IMG/VR virus record: IMGVR_UViG_3300038701_001713 | Origin: a virus | DNA: 64,000 nt | Direction: 5' to 3' (one strand) | In this document: piece after piece, positions 1 to 7,289 of the stretch | Position numbering within the stretch: position 1 is the first letter of the stretch | How the letters are laid out: each line of letters begins with the position of its first letter | The notes under the pieces: generated by a model | What the model was told of the DNA's origin: nothing | The model's database searches: none | Seen by the model: the letters and a program-made list of their open reading frames with translations, nothing else | Program-made: the position numbers and the translations under genes

Positions 1-11
1 ACAGTTGGGGG

Positions 12-626
12 ATGAGGGTATTAGTAGCGTGCGAAGAAAGCCAAACAGTTACGAAGGAGTTTAGGAAACTAGGCGTTGAAGCTTACTCTTGTGATATACA
101 GGGTTGTAGCGGTGGACACCCTGAATGGCACATTAAAGGTGATGTCTTAGAAGAGATTGATAAGGGGTGGGACTTGATAGTAGCCCATCCACCATGCACC
201 AGACTTTGTAATAGCGGGGTTTGCTGGTTGGAGAAAAGGGACTTATGGCGTGAATTAGAGCTTGCTAAAGAGTTTTTCAACTCATTTAAGGGTAAAGCTC
301 CGTTTGTAGCAATAGAGAACCCTATTCCTCATAAATACGCTGTAAATCAAAGAACGCCTAATGTTGACGGGATAGGTAAGTACACCCAAATAATTCAGCC
401 ATATCAATTCGGACACCCTGAAAGCAAGGCCACTTGTTTATGGTTAGAGAATCTACCATTACTAAAACCTACGAATATCGTCAAAGAAAGGAATCAATCA
501 CTTCACAGATTACCACCTGGGCCTGAACGAGCAAAACTAAGGTCTAAAACATTCCCTGGAATCGCTAAAGCTATGGCTGAACAATGGGGAGGGTATATAC
601 TAGAACAAAGTTCAAAAAGAGCATAA
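12..626 (+). CDS. phage DNA (cytosine-5) methyltransferase-like protein
   Basis: N-terminal VLVACEESQ SAM-binding-like motif, SCDI, catalytic AHPPCT and ENP motifs. Confidence 0.8.
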   Translation: MRVLVACEESQTVTKEFRKLGVEAYSCDIQGCSGGHPEWHIKGDVLEEIDKGWDLIVAHPPCTRLCNSGVCWLEKRDLWRELELAKEFFNSFKGKAPFVAIENPIPHKYAVNQRTPNVDGIGKYTQIIQPYQFGHPESKATCLWLENLPLLKPTNIVKERNQSLHRLPPGPERAKLRSKTFPGIAKAMAEQWGGYILEQSSKRA

Positions 627-629
627 CCA

Positions 630-1079
630 ATGAAACAAGAAATACAAGTAACGATAACCACTAGAGAAGAAGATATATTCCGACCAATGAACAAGGTTTT
701 TTGTCCTATTGGAAACAAACATCTGGTTTCAAATATGCACGGGGAAATAGCAGTAACCGCTTACACAGGTCCGCAAGCTGGTCAAACATGCCCCTTAGAT
801 GAGATTCTTTTTAAAGAAAAGTGGACCCTCCACAAACTAGCCCCTCAATACAAGGAAGAAGAATGGGATGGGAGTGTTATTCTTAAACAGCATTATTTAC
901 ATAAGAATGGTGGTGTTTTAATACCTGTCTTTAAAGGTGATAAAGATAACCAATACCATTGTGTTTGTCATAGCTCTTGGGGTGGGTCTGATTATCTAAC
1001 TAATGCGTTAATAACAAAAGAAGAATGCACCCCCTTCAACGGAGATATAAACATATCAGTAACCCCTAAACAAGATTAG
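630..1079 (+). CDS. hypothetical protein
   Basis: 149-aa ORF in tightly packed plus-strand run. Confidence 0.6.
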   Translation: MKQEIQVTITTREEDIFRPMNKVFCPIGNKHLVSNMHGEIAVTAYTGPQAGQTCPLDEILFKEKWTLHKLAPQYKEEEWDGSVILKQHYLHKNGGVLIPVFKGDKDNQYHCVCHSSWGGSDYLTNALITKEECTPFNGDINISVTPKQD

Positions 1080-1081
1080 AA

Positions 1082-1579
1082 ATGGAAAGGAAGACAATAG
1101 AGAAAGACGGATTGCCGAACGGAAATGAAGTGAAAAAATACTATCCGAAAGAGCCAGTATTCGCAAGGGCTATTGTATGGACTGGGGATAACCTAGAACT
1201 GATTAAGGAATCTTTTAACCGTATTGAGTTTAACCTCAAGCCGAATAATTCATTAGGGTTTTATTGCGATGTTGGAAAAGAGGTATATACCGCTGTGGTG
1301 GGAGAAATTATAATCGAGAATGAGTTTGGCGAATTAGAAGTATTCTCAAAACCTGAATACATGCTAGATAGCTACCTGTCCGACATCCCCACCGAAAAAA
1401 CAATACCAGTAAGTAAGGTGGAGGAGTTGATTGAGAAAAAAACAGACGAGTTAATACCTGCCGCTCTTCAACTAGCGGAAAATTTAAAGGATTGGAGGAC
1501 AAAAAAGTGTCAAGATTTATCTGATAGGGTGAGAAAACTAAATACCGAAATATACCTACTACAATCCCTACTACAATGA
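1082..1579 (+). CDS. hypothetical phage protein
   Basis: 165-aa ORF; ARAIVWTGDNL resembles TALQWKGGNL of ORF 15815-16099. Confidence 0.6.
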   Translation: MERKTIEKDGLPNGNEVKKYYPKEPVFARAIVWTGDNLELIKESFNRIEFNLKPNNSLGFYCDVGKEVYTAVVGEIIIENEFGELEVFSKPEYMLDSYLSDIPTEKTIPVSKVEELIEKKTDELIPAALQLAENLKDWRTKKCQDLSDRVRKLNTEIYLLQSLLQ

Positions 1580-1758
1580 TAGAAGAGCTAGAGAGGTAAA
1601 TAAAAATATGGGAAGATAAAGTGAGTATGTACGACTATTCAAGACAAAACCTCCCTTTTAAAAGCTCCACAGCTTACAGCAGCGAAGATAAACAATACTT
1701 TGTAGCTAAAGACGCGCTCAACACTCTTAACCACCTACTAAAAATAGCAAAGGGATGA
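1576..1758 (+). pseudogene. 60-codon ORF broken by a single in-frame TAA (1597-1599)
   Basis: Reads MIEELER*IKIWEDKVSMYDY...KIAKG*; ATGA overlaps with neighbours at both ends. Confidence 0.45.
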
Positions 1759-1871
1759 TACCTAAGTACGTATATAAATTGACAAGGACCACAAGAGGTT
1801 GGGATTACATAAAGACCATAAATCCATATTCGGTTCATTTCTGTAATGAAATATTAAAGATAAAGCAATGA
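1755..1871 (+). CDS. small hypothetical protein (38 aa, MIPKYVYK...)
   Basis: Hand-translated; ATGA-coupled at both ends. Confidence 0.5.
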   Translation: MIPKYVYKLTRTTRGWDYIKTINPYSVHFCNEILKIKQ

Positions 1872-2284
1872 CCACACTACCAAAAACAATAGTAAACGAA
1901 GGATATAAGTATGTAACCCACCCTAGCCAGTTGGTGCAGGGGATGGAGTGTGAGTTTGATGAAGGTGGTCCTGATGAGGTTTGGAAGCCTTTTAAATGGA
2001 CTTGGTTAGGTGTTGTTTATGACGGGGTTAAAACCAACATTCAGAAAGGTTTGTATCGCATAACCCTACTAACAGAAGAACAACTAGCGGGGATTGAGGG
2101 GATTGGTAAGCACACACATCAATCAGGATTCTTTTGGGTTGTAGACGAAGAAAACTATTATGAAATAGAGTTTTACAACTTAGGTCACATAAAGATTTTT
2201 GACGGATATGCAGGGTGTTTAGGTAATACACATAAAAACCTCACCCTACCCGAAACAATAAGCATACTAAATACACTAGCATGA
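1868..2284 (+). CDS. hypothetical protein
   Basis: 138-aa ORF, ATGA-coupled. Confidence 0.6.
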   Translation: MTTLPKTIVNEGYKYVTHPSQLVQGMECEFDEGGPDEVWKPFKWTWLGVVYDGVKTNIQKGLYRITLLTEEQLAGIEGIGKHTHQSGFFWVVDEENYYEIEFYNLGHIKIFDGYAGCLGNTHKNLTLPETISILNTLA

Positions 2285-2484
2285 AAGACGAAATAACAGG
2301 AATAATACACCCGATAGGCTCTGGGATAGAATGTATAACTACATGCGGTCAATTCATAGTAGAATTTTTTGATGAAGATGAATATACCGTAGAAGAAATG
2401 ATAGATGAAGTGAATTGGGATTACGGGGTTGAATGTATATCTTACCTTATTATAGAACCAGATGAGCGTTTTATGTACTTATAA
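2281..2484 (+). CDS. small acidic hypothetical protein
   Basis: 67-aa ORF, last gene of plus-strand run before convergence. Confidence 0.55.
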   Translation: MKDEITGIIHPIGSGIECITTCGQFIVEFFDEDEYTVEEMIDEVNWDYGVECISYLIIEPDERFMYL

Positions 2485-3171
2485 AGACTTTGAAAACTTA
2501 ACTTCAACTCCTAATTCTGCCATTTTATTCCTGTAAACATTATTCAAATAACTAGGTTTGCCGTTAAGTGTAAACCCTATGTTCTCTTTTGAAATTTGGT
2601 ATTCGGTTTTATTCCCGTGATGGGTCATGTAAATTGGCTTGTTTACGGGAATTTTTTTATCCAGTAACCAATAAGCGGTATTAAAACAATATTCATCTGG
2701 TTTTCTCCCTACATAATCCATGTGTGGGGTATCCGCATCGAACACTTCTCTAGCTACTTCAAATACATCGGGACTGTCCCAACATAAAAACCCAGAGTAT
2801 ATAGCTGGCATACACCCATCTTTTTTACCCCAGTATTTAGAGTTTTCGTATGGGTCGCACCAAAAAGTACCTTCTCCAGTTCCTGTAGTTAAATCAAAAT
2901 GACCATCGCATTGGGTAGATTGGAACTCTGGCACCTCATACATAAAAGTATCAGCATCTATAAATATTCCTTTATCAACATACTTATCCAAATAACACTT
3001 TAACTTAAAAGGCTCGAACTTACCATTATGATAATAGTGTTCTGGATTAGCTATTACATGCGGAGTGTTTAACTTGCGGTCCGATATAATAAAAATGTCC
3101 CCGCCTAACGACAGGGACAAATTATTTGCTAGTTCGTGATAGAAGTCACCTATTGCTATAGTTACTATCAA
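2479..3171 (-). CDS. GT-A fold glycosyltransferase-like protein
   Basis: IFIDADT DxD motif after a hydrophobic strand; GFLCWD and KPDEYCFN resemble GT8-like segments. Confidence 0.65.
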   Translation of the reverse strand: MIVTIAIGDFYHELANNLSLSLGGDIFIISDRKLNTPHVIANPEHYYHNGKFEPFKLKCYLDKYVDKGIFIDADTFMYEVPEFQSTQCDGHFDLTTGTGEGTFWCDPYENSKYWGKKDGCMPAIYSGFLCWDSPDVFEVAREVFDADTPHMDYVGRKPDEYCFNTAYWLLDKKIPVNKPIYMTHHGNKTEYQISKENIGFTLNGKPSYLNNVYRNKMAELGVEVKFSKSL

Positions 3172-3611
3172 ACGTAAGGGCTGTTACCTACTATAATATC
3201 TTCCGTAACTAATTTAACGGTACTTCCCTTGTCGTTTAGCTTGTATTTGATTATGGTGCGTGCCGTTGGGATGTTATCGGCTGTTAATAGGTCGGCAGCA
3301 GATTCTACTTTATCTATATTCAATAAGAAGTTTCGGCCTCCTTCGTACTTAGCACTTCCTTTTTCATACACCGCTACTAATTGTATTCGGTTTTCGGTAT
3401 ATCCAGTAGCCTCTATAGCTGCTTTTAGTGCCGTTAATGATAAAGAAGTTACGTATGTGTCAGCAGTTGTTGTGCCATTCGTCCACAAAATAGTACCGCT
3501 TACTGGGTCTGTAGTTGCGAATAGGATACTGTCTACTGCGATTAGTTGGGTTCGGTCTACGGTTTTTCCGTTGAATTTAGTTAGTGGTATGCTTACGCCT
3601 GATACTGCCAT
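3168..3611 (-). CDS. hypothetical, possibly virion accessory protein
   Basis: Thr/Ala-rich 147-aa beta-type composition, starts MAVSGV. Confidence 0.45.
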   Translation of the reverse strand: MAVSGVSIPLTKFNGKTVDRTQLIAVDSILFATTDPVSGTILWTNGTTTADTYVTSLSLTALKAAIEATGYTENRIQLVAVYEKGSAKYEGGRNFLLNIDKVESAADLLTADNIPTARTIIKYKLNDKGSTVKLVTEDIIVGNSPYV

Positions 3612-3655
3612 TGCCTTTTTTCCTATAATAACAATAGATAAAGCTTAATGGTTTC

Positions 3656-3961
3656 CTATGAATACTTATGTATCTGTTCTTGCATCCACTTTTTATCAAA
3701 ATCAACCCCATAAGCCTCTAAGAAGTTATAATGGGTTGTTAAAAGGAATACGTAATACTCTGGTTTATCTCCGTACTCCTCATGCTGTTGCCTAGTAACC
3801 GCCATTAAGTTTTCTATCCTATCTTTGTTTTTAGAACCACCCATTCCTTTACAGAATATATGGTGTATATCTACGGCTGGGTCACCGTTTATTTCACTGG
3901 GAATGAAGTCAGAAGTATCATAACCCAGTGCTTCAAAGTAAATCTTAGTGTGATTTTTCAA
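3656..3961 (-). CDS. HNH-like nuclease
   Basis: DIHHI...GMGGS...IENLMAV...H pattern; TTG start. Confidence 0.55.
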   Translation of the reverse strand: MKNHTKIYFEALGYDTSDFIPSEINGDPAVDIHHIFCKGMGGSKNKDRIENLMAVTRQQHEEYGDKPEYYVFLLTTHYNFLEAYGVDFDKKWMQEQIHKYS

Positions 3962-4146
3962 ACTCTTATGCGAATAGCGTCATTGTTTATATAAGTACCG
4001 TATATTATATGGTTTTCAATAGGAAACCCATCACTAAGAAACCCATCACTAGAGGTGATTACTCTAGGTGACATATCTTTTTTAAAAGAACAGCTTAAAA
4101 CCCACGCATCATCTACTATAAAATCTTGTCTAAATCTAATTATCAT
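3958..4146 (-). CDS. YGVY-family microprotein A1 (62 aa)
   Basis: MIIRF...SPRV...HIIYGTYINNDAIRIRV*. Confidence 0.75.
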   Translation of the reverse strand: MIIRFRQDFIVDDAWVLSCSFKKDMSPRVITSSDGFLSDGFPIENHIIYGTYINNDAIRIRV

Positions 4147-4277
4147 ACTGATACGTTTATTTTTCGCTTCTGAATGTAAACTCCGTATGTATCAATAAGA
4201 TTGTTTTTTAATCTAGGGGTTAAATAACATGAATAATTATGCGTACCCCATAATGTGTCACTATATCTAAATATCAT
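4143..4277 (-). CDS. YGVY-family microprotein A2 (44 aa)
   Basis: Hand-translated MIFRYSDTLWGTHNYSCYLTPRLKNNLIDTYGVYIQKRKINVSV*. Confidence 0.75.
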   Translation of the reverse strand: MIFRYSDTLWGTHNYSCYLTPRLKNNLIDTYGVYIQKRKINVSV

Positions 4278-4438
4278 ATTCTTACACTTATTTTTAGTTT
4301 GTTAGGGTTTATATACACTCCGTACAAGTCGGTAATATCGCAATTAAACACCCTTCTATTGAATAATTTAGGGGTTAAAAAGGTAGAGATGGTTATCATC
4401 TGGTCGCTTCGTAATCCATACCTATATTTGAATATCAT
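4274..4438 (-). CDS. YGVY-family microprotein A3 (54 aa)
   Basis: Hand-translated MIFKYRYGLRSDQMITISTFLTPKLFNRRVFNCDITDLYGVYINPNKLKISVRI*. Confidence 0.75.
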   Translation of the reverse strand: MIFKYRYGLRSDQMITISTFLTPKLFNRRVFNCDITDLYGVYINPNKLKISVRI

Positions 4439-4560
4439 AACTTACTTTTTAAGTAATCCGCTAATTCTTCTAATTGAATTGGAGTAAATGAAAAATACAT
4501 TTGTCTAATGTTGTTTTTCTCTTCTTCGGTTATGTTAGCTTGGTCGATTAAGTCTTTCAT
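4435..4560 (-). CDS. small helical hypothetical protein (41 aa) inside the microprotein array
   Basis: MKDLIDQANITEEEKNNIRQMYFSFTPIQLEELADYLKSKL*; ATGA-coupled on both sides; not a YGVY member. Confidence 0.6.
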   Translation of the reverse strand: MKDLIDQANITEEEKNNIRQMYFSFTPIQLEELADYLKSKL

Positions 4561-4724
4561 ATTAATATACTTATTTCTCTTCCTACATAAACTCCATAAT
4601 TTTCATGGAAGTCAACTACATAAACTTGGGGATTGGTTCTGTTTTTTGTGGTAAAATCCCACACTCTATCCCCTAATACCCTACTTTTGGTTATCGCATT
4701 CCATCTTTGAAGTTTAAATATCAT
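4557..4724 (-). CDS. YGVY-family microprotein A4 (55 aa)
   Basis: MIFKLQRWNAITKSRVLGDRVWDFTTKNRTNPQVYVVDFHENYGVYVGREISILI*. Confidence 0.75.
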   Translation of the reverse strand: MIFKLQRWNAITKSRVLGDRVWDFTTKNRTNPQVYVVDFHENYGVYVGREISILI

Positions 4725-4882
4725 ACAACCACTAGTATTTTATTATCCCAATAACTACCTGTTCTTACATACACTCCAAAACATTGATTCTTACTAACTT
4801 TAGGTGTTAGTGCGTCTCTATGTAATCTAATCCAAACAGAGTGTTTGTTTATAACACTAAAATCTCTTATTTTGAATATCAT
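4721..4882 (-). CDS. YGVY-family microprotein A5 (53 aa)
   Basis: MIFKIRDF...LTPKVSKNQCFGVYVRTGSYWDNKILVVV*; internal start of track ORF 4721-4903. Confidence 0.75.
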   Translation of the reverse strand: MIFKIRDFSVINKHSVWIRLHRDALTPKVSKNQCFGVYVRTGSYWDNKILVVV

Positions 4883-5052
4883 ATTACTACTTGTATTGAA
4901 CATTTTATCACATATACACCGTAAGTAGATTGAACGAATGTGCTATCACTAATAACCTCACTTACCACTTTTGGTTTGGTTGAAGCAAAGATAGATACGA
5001 AAACTATGTCATCATCTACAAATATAAGACTGACCGTTCTTCGGAATATCAT
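4879..5052 (-). CDS. YGVY-family microprotein A6 (57 aa)
   Basis: MIFRRTVSLIFVDDDIVFVSIFASTKPKVVSEVISDSTFVQSTYGVYVIKCSIQVVI*. Confidence 0.75.
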   Translation of the reverse strand: MIFRRTVSLIFVDDDIVFVSIFASTKPKVVSEVISDSTFVQSTYGVYVIKCSIQVVI

Positions 5053-5411
5053 AACTCCATTAGTTTTTCAGCAGTCCACTTAACCATACTCCAAAACTTT
5101 TCATCTGCAACTATTTCTCTAGTTGGTCTAGGGTCTTTTTGAAGTAGTTCTTTGAAAGCTACTCCTTTAGTAACACCCCAGTTATCTGTTGATGATTGTT
5201 GGTCAATACGTTTTAATGTGGGTTTACCATTGTGTTCACCTTTTTCGTATTGTATTTCATTACCTACCTTTAAATAAGATGGAGGGTTTTTACTAGACAT
5301 TAATTGCCCAGCATACCCATCTTCCATTTCCACATCGAAAAAATAGACAATTCCTTTATTGCCTTTCCATTCTTTTCCCTCTGATATTGATTTTATTTTA
5401 CTTTTTGGCAT
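5049..5411 (-). CDS. hypothetical protein, possible OB-fold nucleic-acid-binding
   Basis: Beta-rich aromatic/basic N-terminal half (EWKGNKGIVYFFDVEMEDG). Confidence 0.35.
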   Translation of the reverse strand: MPKSKIKSISEGKEWKGNKGIVYFFDVEMEDGYAGQLMSSKNPPSYLKVGNEIQYEKGEHNGKPTLKRIDQQSSTDNWGVTKGVAFKELLQKDPRPTREIVADEKFWSMVKWTAEKLMEL

Positions 5412-5428
5412 TTGTTTGTTTTAAAGTT

Positions 5429-5454
5429 AAAAAGGCTGCACATCACATGCAGCC
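5429..5454 (-). terminator. rho-independent terminator
   Basis: GGCTGCA/TGCAGCC 7-bp stem followed by T run on minus strand. Confidence 0.7.
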
Positions 5455-5463
5455 TCTTATTAA

Positions 5464-5682
5464 TTAATCGAATGCTGCTTGCATGGCTCTCGTAACAGGG
5501 TTGTACTCCTGTTGGTTGCATTTACGCACATTGCCTTTTACAACAAATGCTCCATGCTCTCCATGTTTAACAACTCCTTTCTCTGTGGTAAATTGAAGGT
5601 CCGACCCTCTCTCCACCAATCCTTGAATGTCCCCCTCAACTGTGTGTGGGTGGGTACTAGGTTCTACTACTAGTGTTTTCAT
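5464..5682 (-). CDS. small His-motif protein, typical partner of DUF6745-like genes
   Basis: HPH...VKHGEHG...QQEYNP...FD pattern. Confidence 0.55.
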   Translation of the reverse strand: MKTLVVEPSTHPHTVEGDIQGLVERGSDLQFTTEKGVVKHGEHGAFVVKGNVRKCNQQEYNPVTRAMQAAFD

Positions 5683-5700
5683 AAATAAAACTGTTTTGAT

Positions 5701-6639
5701 TTAACTTTCAGCGACCAATAGGTCAAAATATTGTTCTTTAGTAAGAGGCACTTTATCTTGTCCCATTACTTCTTCGGAAACTTTACTCCCCTCATCGGTA
5801 AGTTCAAAGAAGAATATGTCTCCTTGTCTTTTTATTGCCGTTATGTGTGGTATTACTTCTTTTTCAATACGACATGTTGAAGCTACAGCGGCTAATGGGT
5901 CGTCCTTATACTCTTCTCCTTCTAACCATAACCAATGTTCTTCATCTGTTGTTGTACACCAGCACTTTAAAGCCCAAGCAATGTTTTCTCCGTCACCTAA
6001 AACATCACCTTCTACACCATCGACTAGTAGTTTGGTAATATCAACCTTATGTACTTCATACACAACATGTTTATCAATGGTTCCAATAAGGTTTCCTTCT
6101 GCGTCATATTGCTCACGGATTACTTTCTCCCCTGCTGTTTTATAACGTTCCGTTCCTAAAAAATCCATCATTTCACCTACATCCATCATTCCAGCAACAA
6201 TAGAGCGTATACGTGGATTGTCTATTTTCATCCACTCGGTGTAACTTAATTCGGTTTCATTTTCCCAATTGTCTAAAATTTCGTTAATAACTGGCTCGAA
6301 TACATATCGCAAATCAAGTCCTTTATCAATAGCATCGAACACTTCTTTGTGTATTCCTCCATTTTCGTACTCTTCATCTAAGTCAAAAGGAATGGTATCC
6401 CTGTTTACTTTAGCGTACAATTGCTCCAATCGGGCTCCTCTACCGACTTTTTCCATTCCTTCTGGGAATATGTCTGGGCCTTTACATGAAAATTGAAATG
6501 GCTCTTCGTTAAGCCATCTCTCAAATCGCTCTTTAACCCTAAAGTTGAGTTTAAGTATTTTAGCGTAATAAGGAGTGTTCCACTCTTTTGTTTCCGAGTT
6601 GTAAATCAACTGGAAATCTAAAAATCCTAGTTCAATCAT
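5701..6639 (-). CDS. DUF6745-like protein
   Basis: C-terminal IDNPRIRSIV...LKCWCTTTDEEHWLWL...PLAAVAST pattern; recognition only. Confidence 0.5.
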   Translation of the reverse strand: MIELGFLDFQLIYNSETKEWNTPYYAKILKLNFRVKERFERWLNEEPFQFSCKGPDIFPEGMEKVGRGARLEQLYAKVNRDTIPFDLDEEYENGGIHKEVFDAIDKGLDLRYVFEPVINEILDNWENETELSYTEWMKIDNPRIRSIVAGMMDVGEMMDFLGTERYKTAGEKVIREQYDAEGNLIGTIDKHVVYEVHKVDITKLLVDGVEGDVLGDGENIAWALKCWCTTTDEEHWLWLEGEEYKDDPLAAVASTCRIEKEVIPHITAIKRQGDIFFFELTDEGSKVSEEVMGQDKVPLTKEQYFDLLVAES

Positions 6640-6818
6640 AATACTGTTTGAATTTTGTTTGGTAAAATATATGTTCCGTAAACTGAATGTCTTGATAAAA
6701 ATGCTTTAGTTGGCGGCTTGTAGTGTGTGTTTTTTGAAAAAGCACAAATCGTAAGGTTGTCTACTACTGGAACATGCCATATAGGGTTGCCCCAGTGATC
6801 TAGTACTTGAAATATCAT
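6636..6818 (-). CDS. YGVY-family microprotein B1 (60 aa)
   Basis: MIFQV...KPPT...HSVYGTYILPNKIQTVL*. Confidence 0.75.
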   Translation of the reverse strand: MIFQVLDHWGNPIWHVPVVDNLTICAFSKNTHYKPPTKAFLSRHSVYGTYILPNKIQTVL

Positions 6819-6994
6819 ATAATTATGTTTATTTTGTTAACCCATACCCATTTACTAGACTTAATGTACACCCCGTAAGTAAAGTGTAAATCATGTACGG
6901 GCGCAACCAACGGAGGGGTTATGTAATCTGTGTAGGAATAATCCCGTACTCGATTAGGTCCCGTTAAGTGCCAGTCTTCTATTTTGAATATCAT
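6815..6994 (-). CDS. YGVY-family microprotein B2 (59 aa)
   Basis: MIFKIEDWHLTGPNRVRDYSYTDYITPPLVAPVHDLHFTYGVYIKSSKWVWVNKINIII*. Confidence 0.75.
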   Translation of the reverse strand: MIFKIEDWHLTGPNRVRDYSYTDYITPPLVAPVHDLHFTYGVYIKSSKWVWVNKINIII

Positions 6995-6998
6995 ACCG

Positions 6999-7030
6999 CT
7001 AAACTAAATATTAAATATCGTAATTCCAAA
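6999..7030 (-). promoter_or_regulatory. Bacteroidota sigma-A-type promoter (-33/-7), probably leaderless
   Basis: TTTG-N20-TAGTTTAG, 4 nt before ATG at 6994. Confidence 0.65.
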
Positions 7031-7052
7031 ACTTTTTTTGTAAATTTGTTAA

Positions 7053-7289
7053 ATGAAGTTATACAGTAGGAGATTTTTCAACAAACTAGAGGAATTAAGA
7101 AGTTTTGTGGAAGTAACATTCCATAAGTCGAACAATGGATACATGGTTATTCTGTTTTTTAAAGAAGAATACAGGAATGTAGATGTTTGGCACACTATGA
7201 AATGTAGGTTGTCCGAAACTAGATGGAAGGATTTGCACCAAGCTAGAAGGGATGTGTTCAGTCATTGGTTTAAAGAAGAGGTGGTTTAA
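7053..7289 (+). CDS. hypothetical protein, divergent
   Basis: 78 aa; TAAATTTG (7041-7048) 4 nt before ATG. Confidence 0.55.
   Translation: MKLYSRRFFNKLEELRSFVEVTFHKSNNGYMVILFFKEEYRNVDVWHTMKCRLSETRWKDLHQARRDVFSHWFKEEVV

Noticed and set aside
3958-5052. Microprotein arrays as CRISPR or mini-CRISPR arrays
   Set aside because: Recurring segments are short, degenerate at third codon positions and in frame; there are no fixed-length identical repeats and no cas genes.
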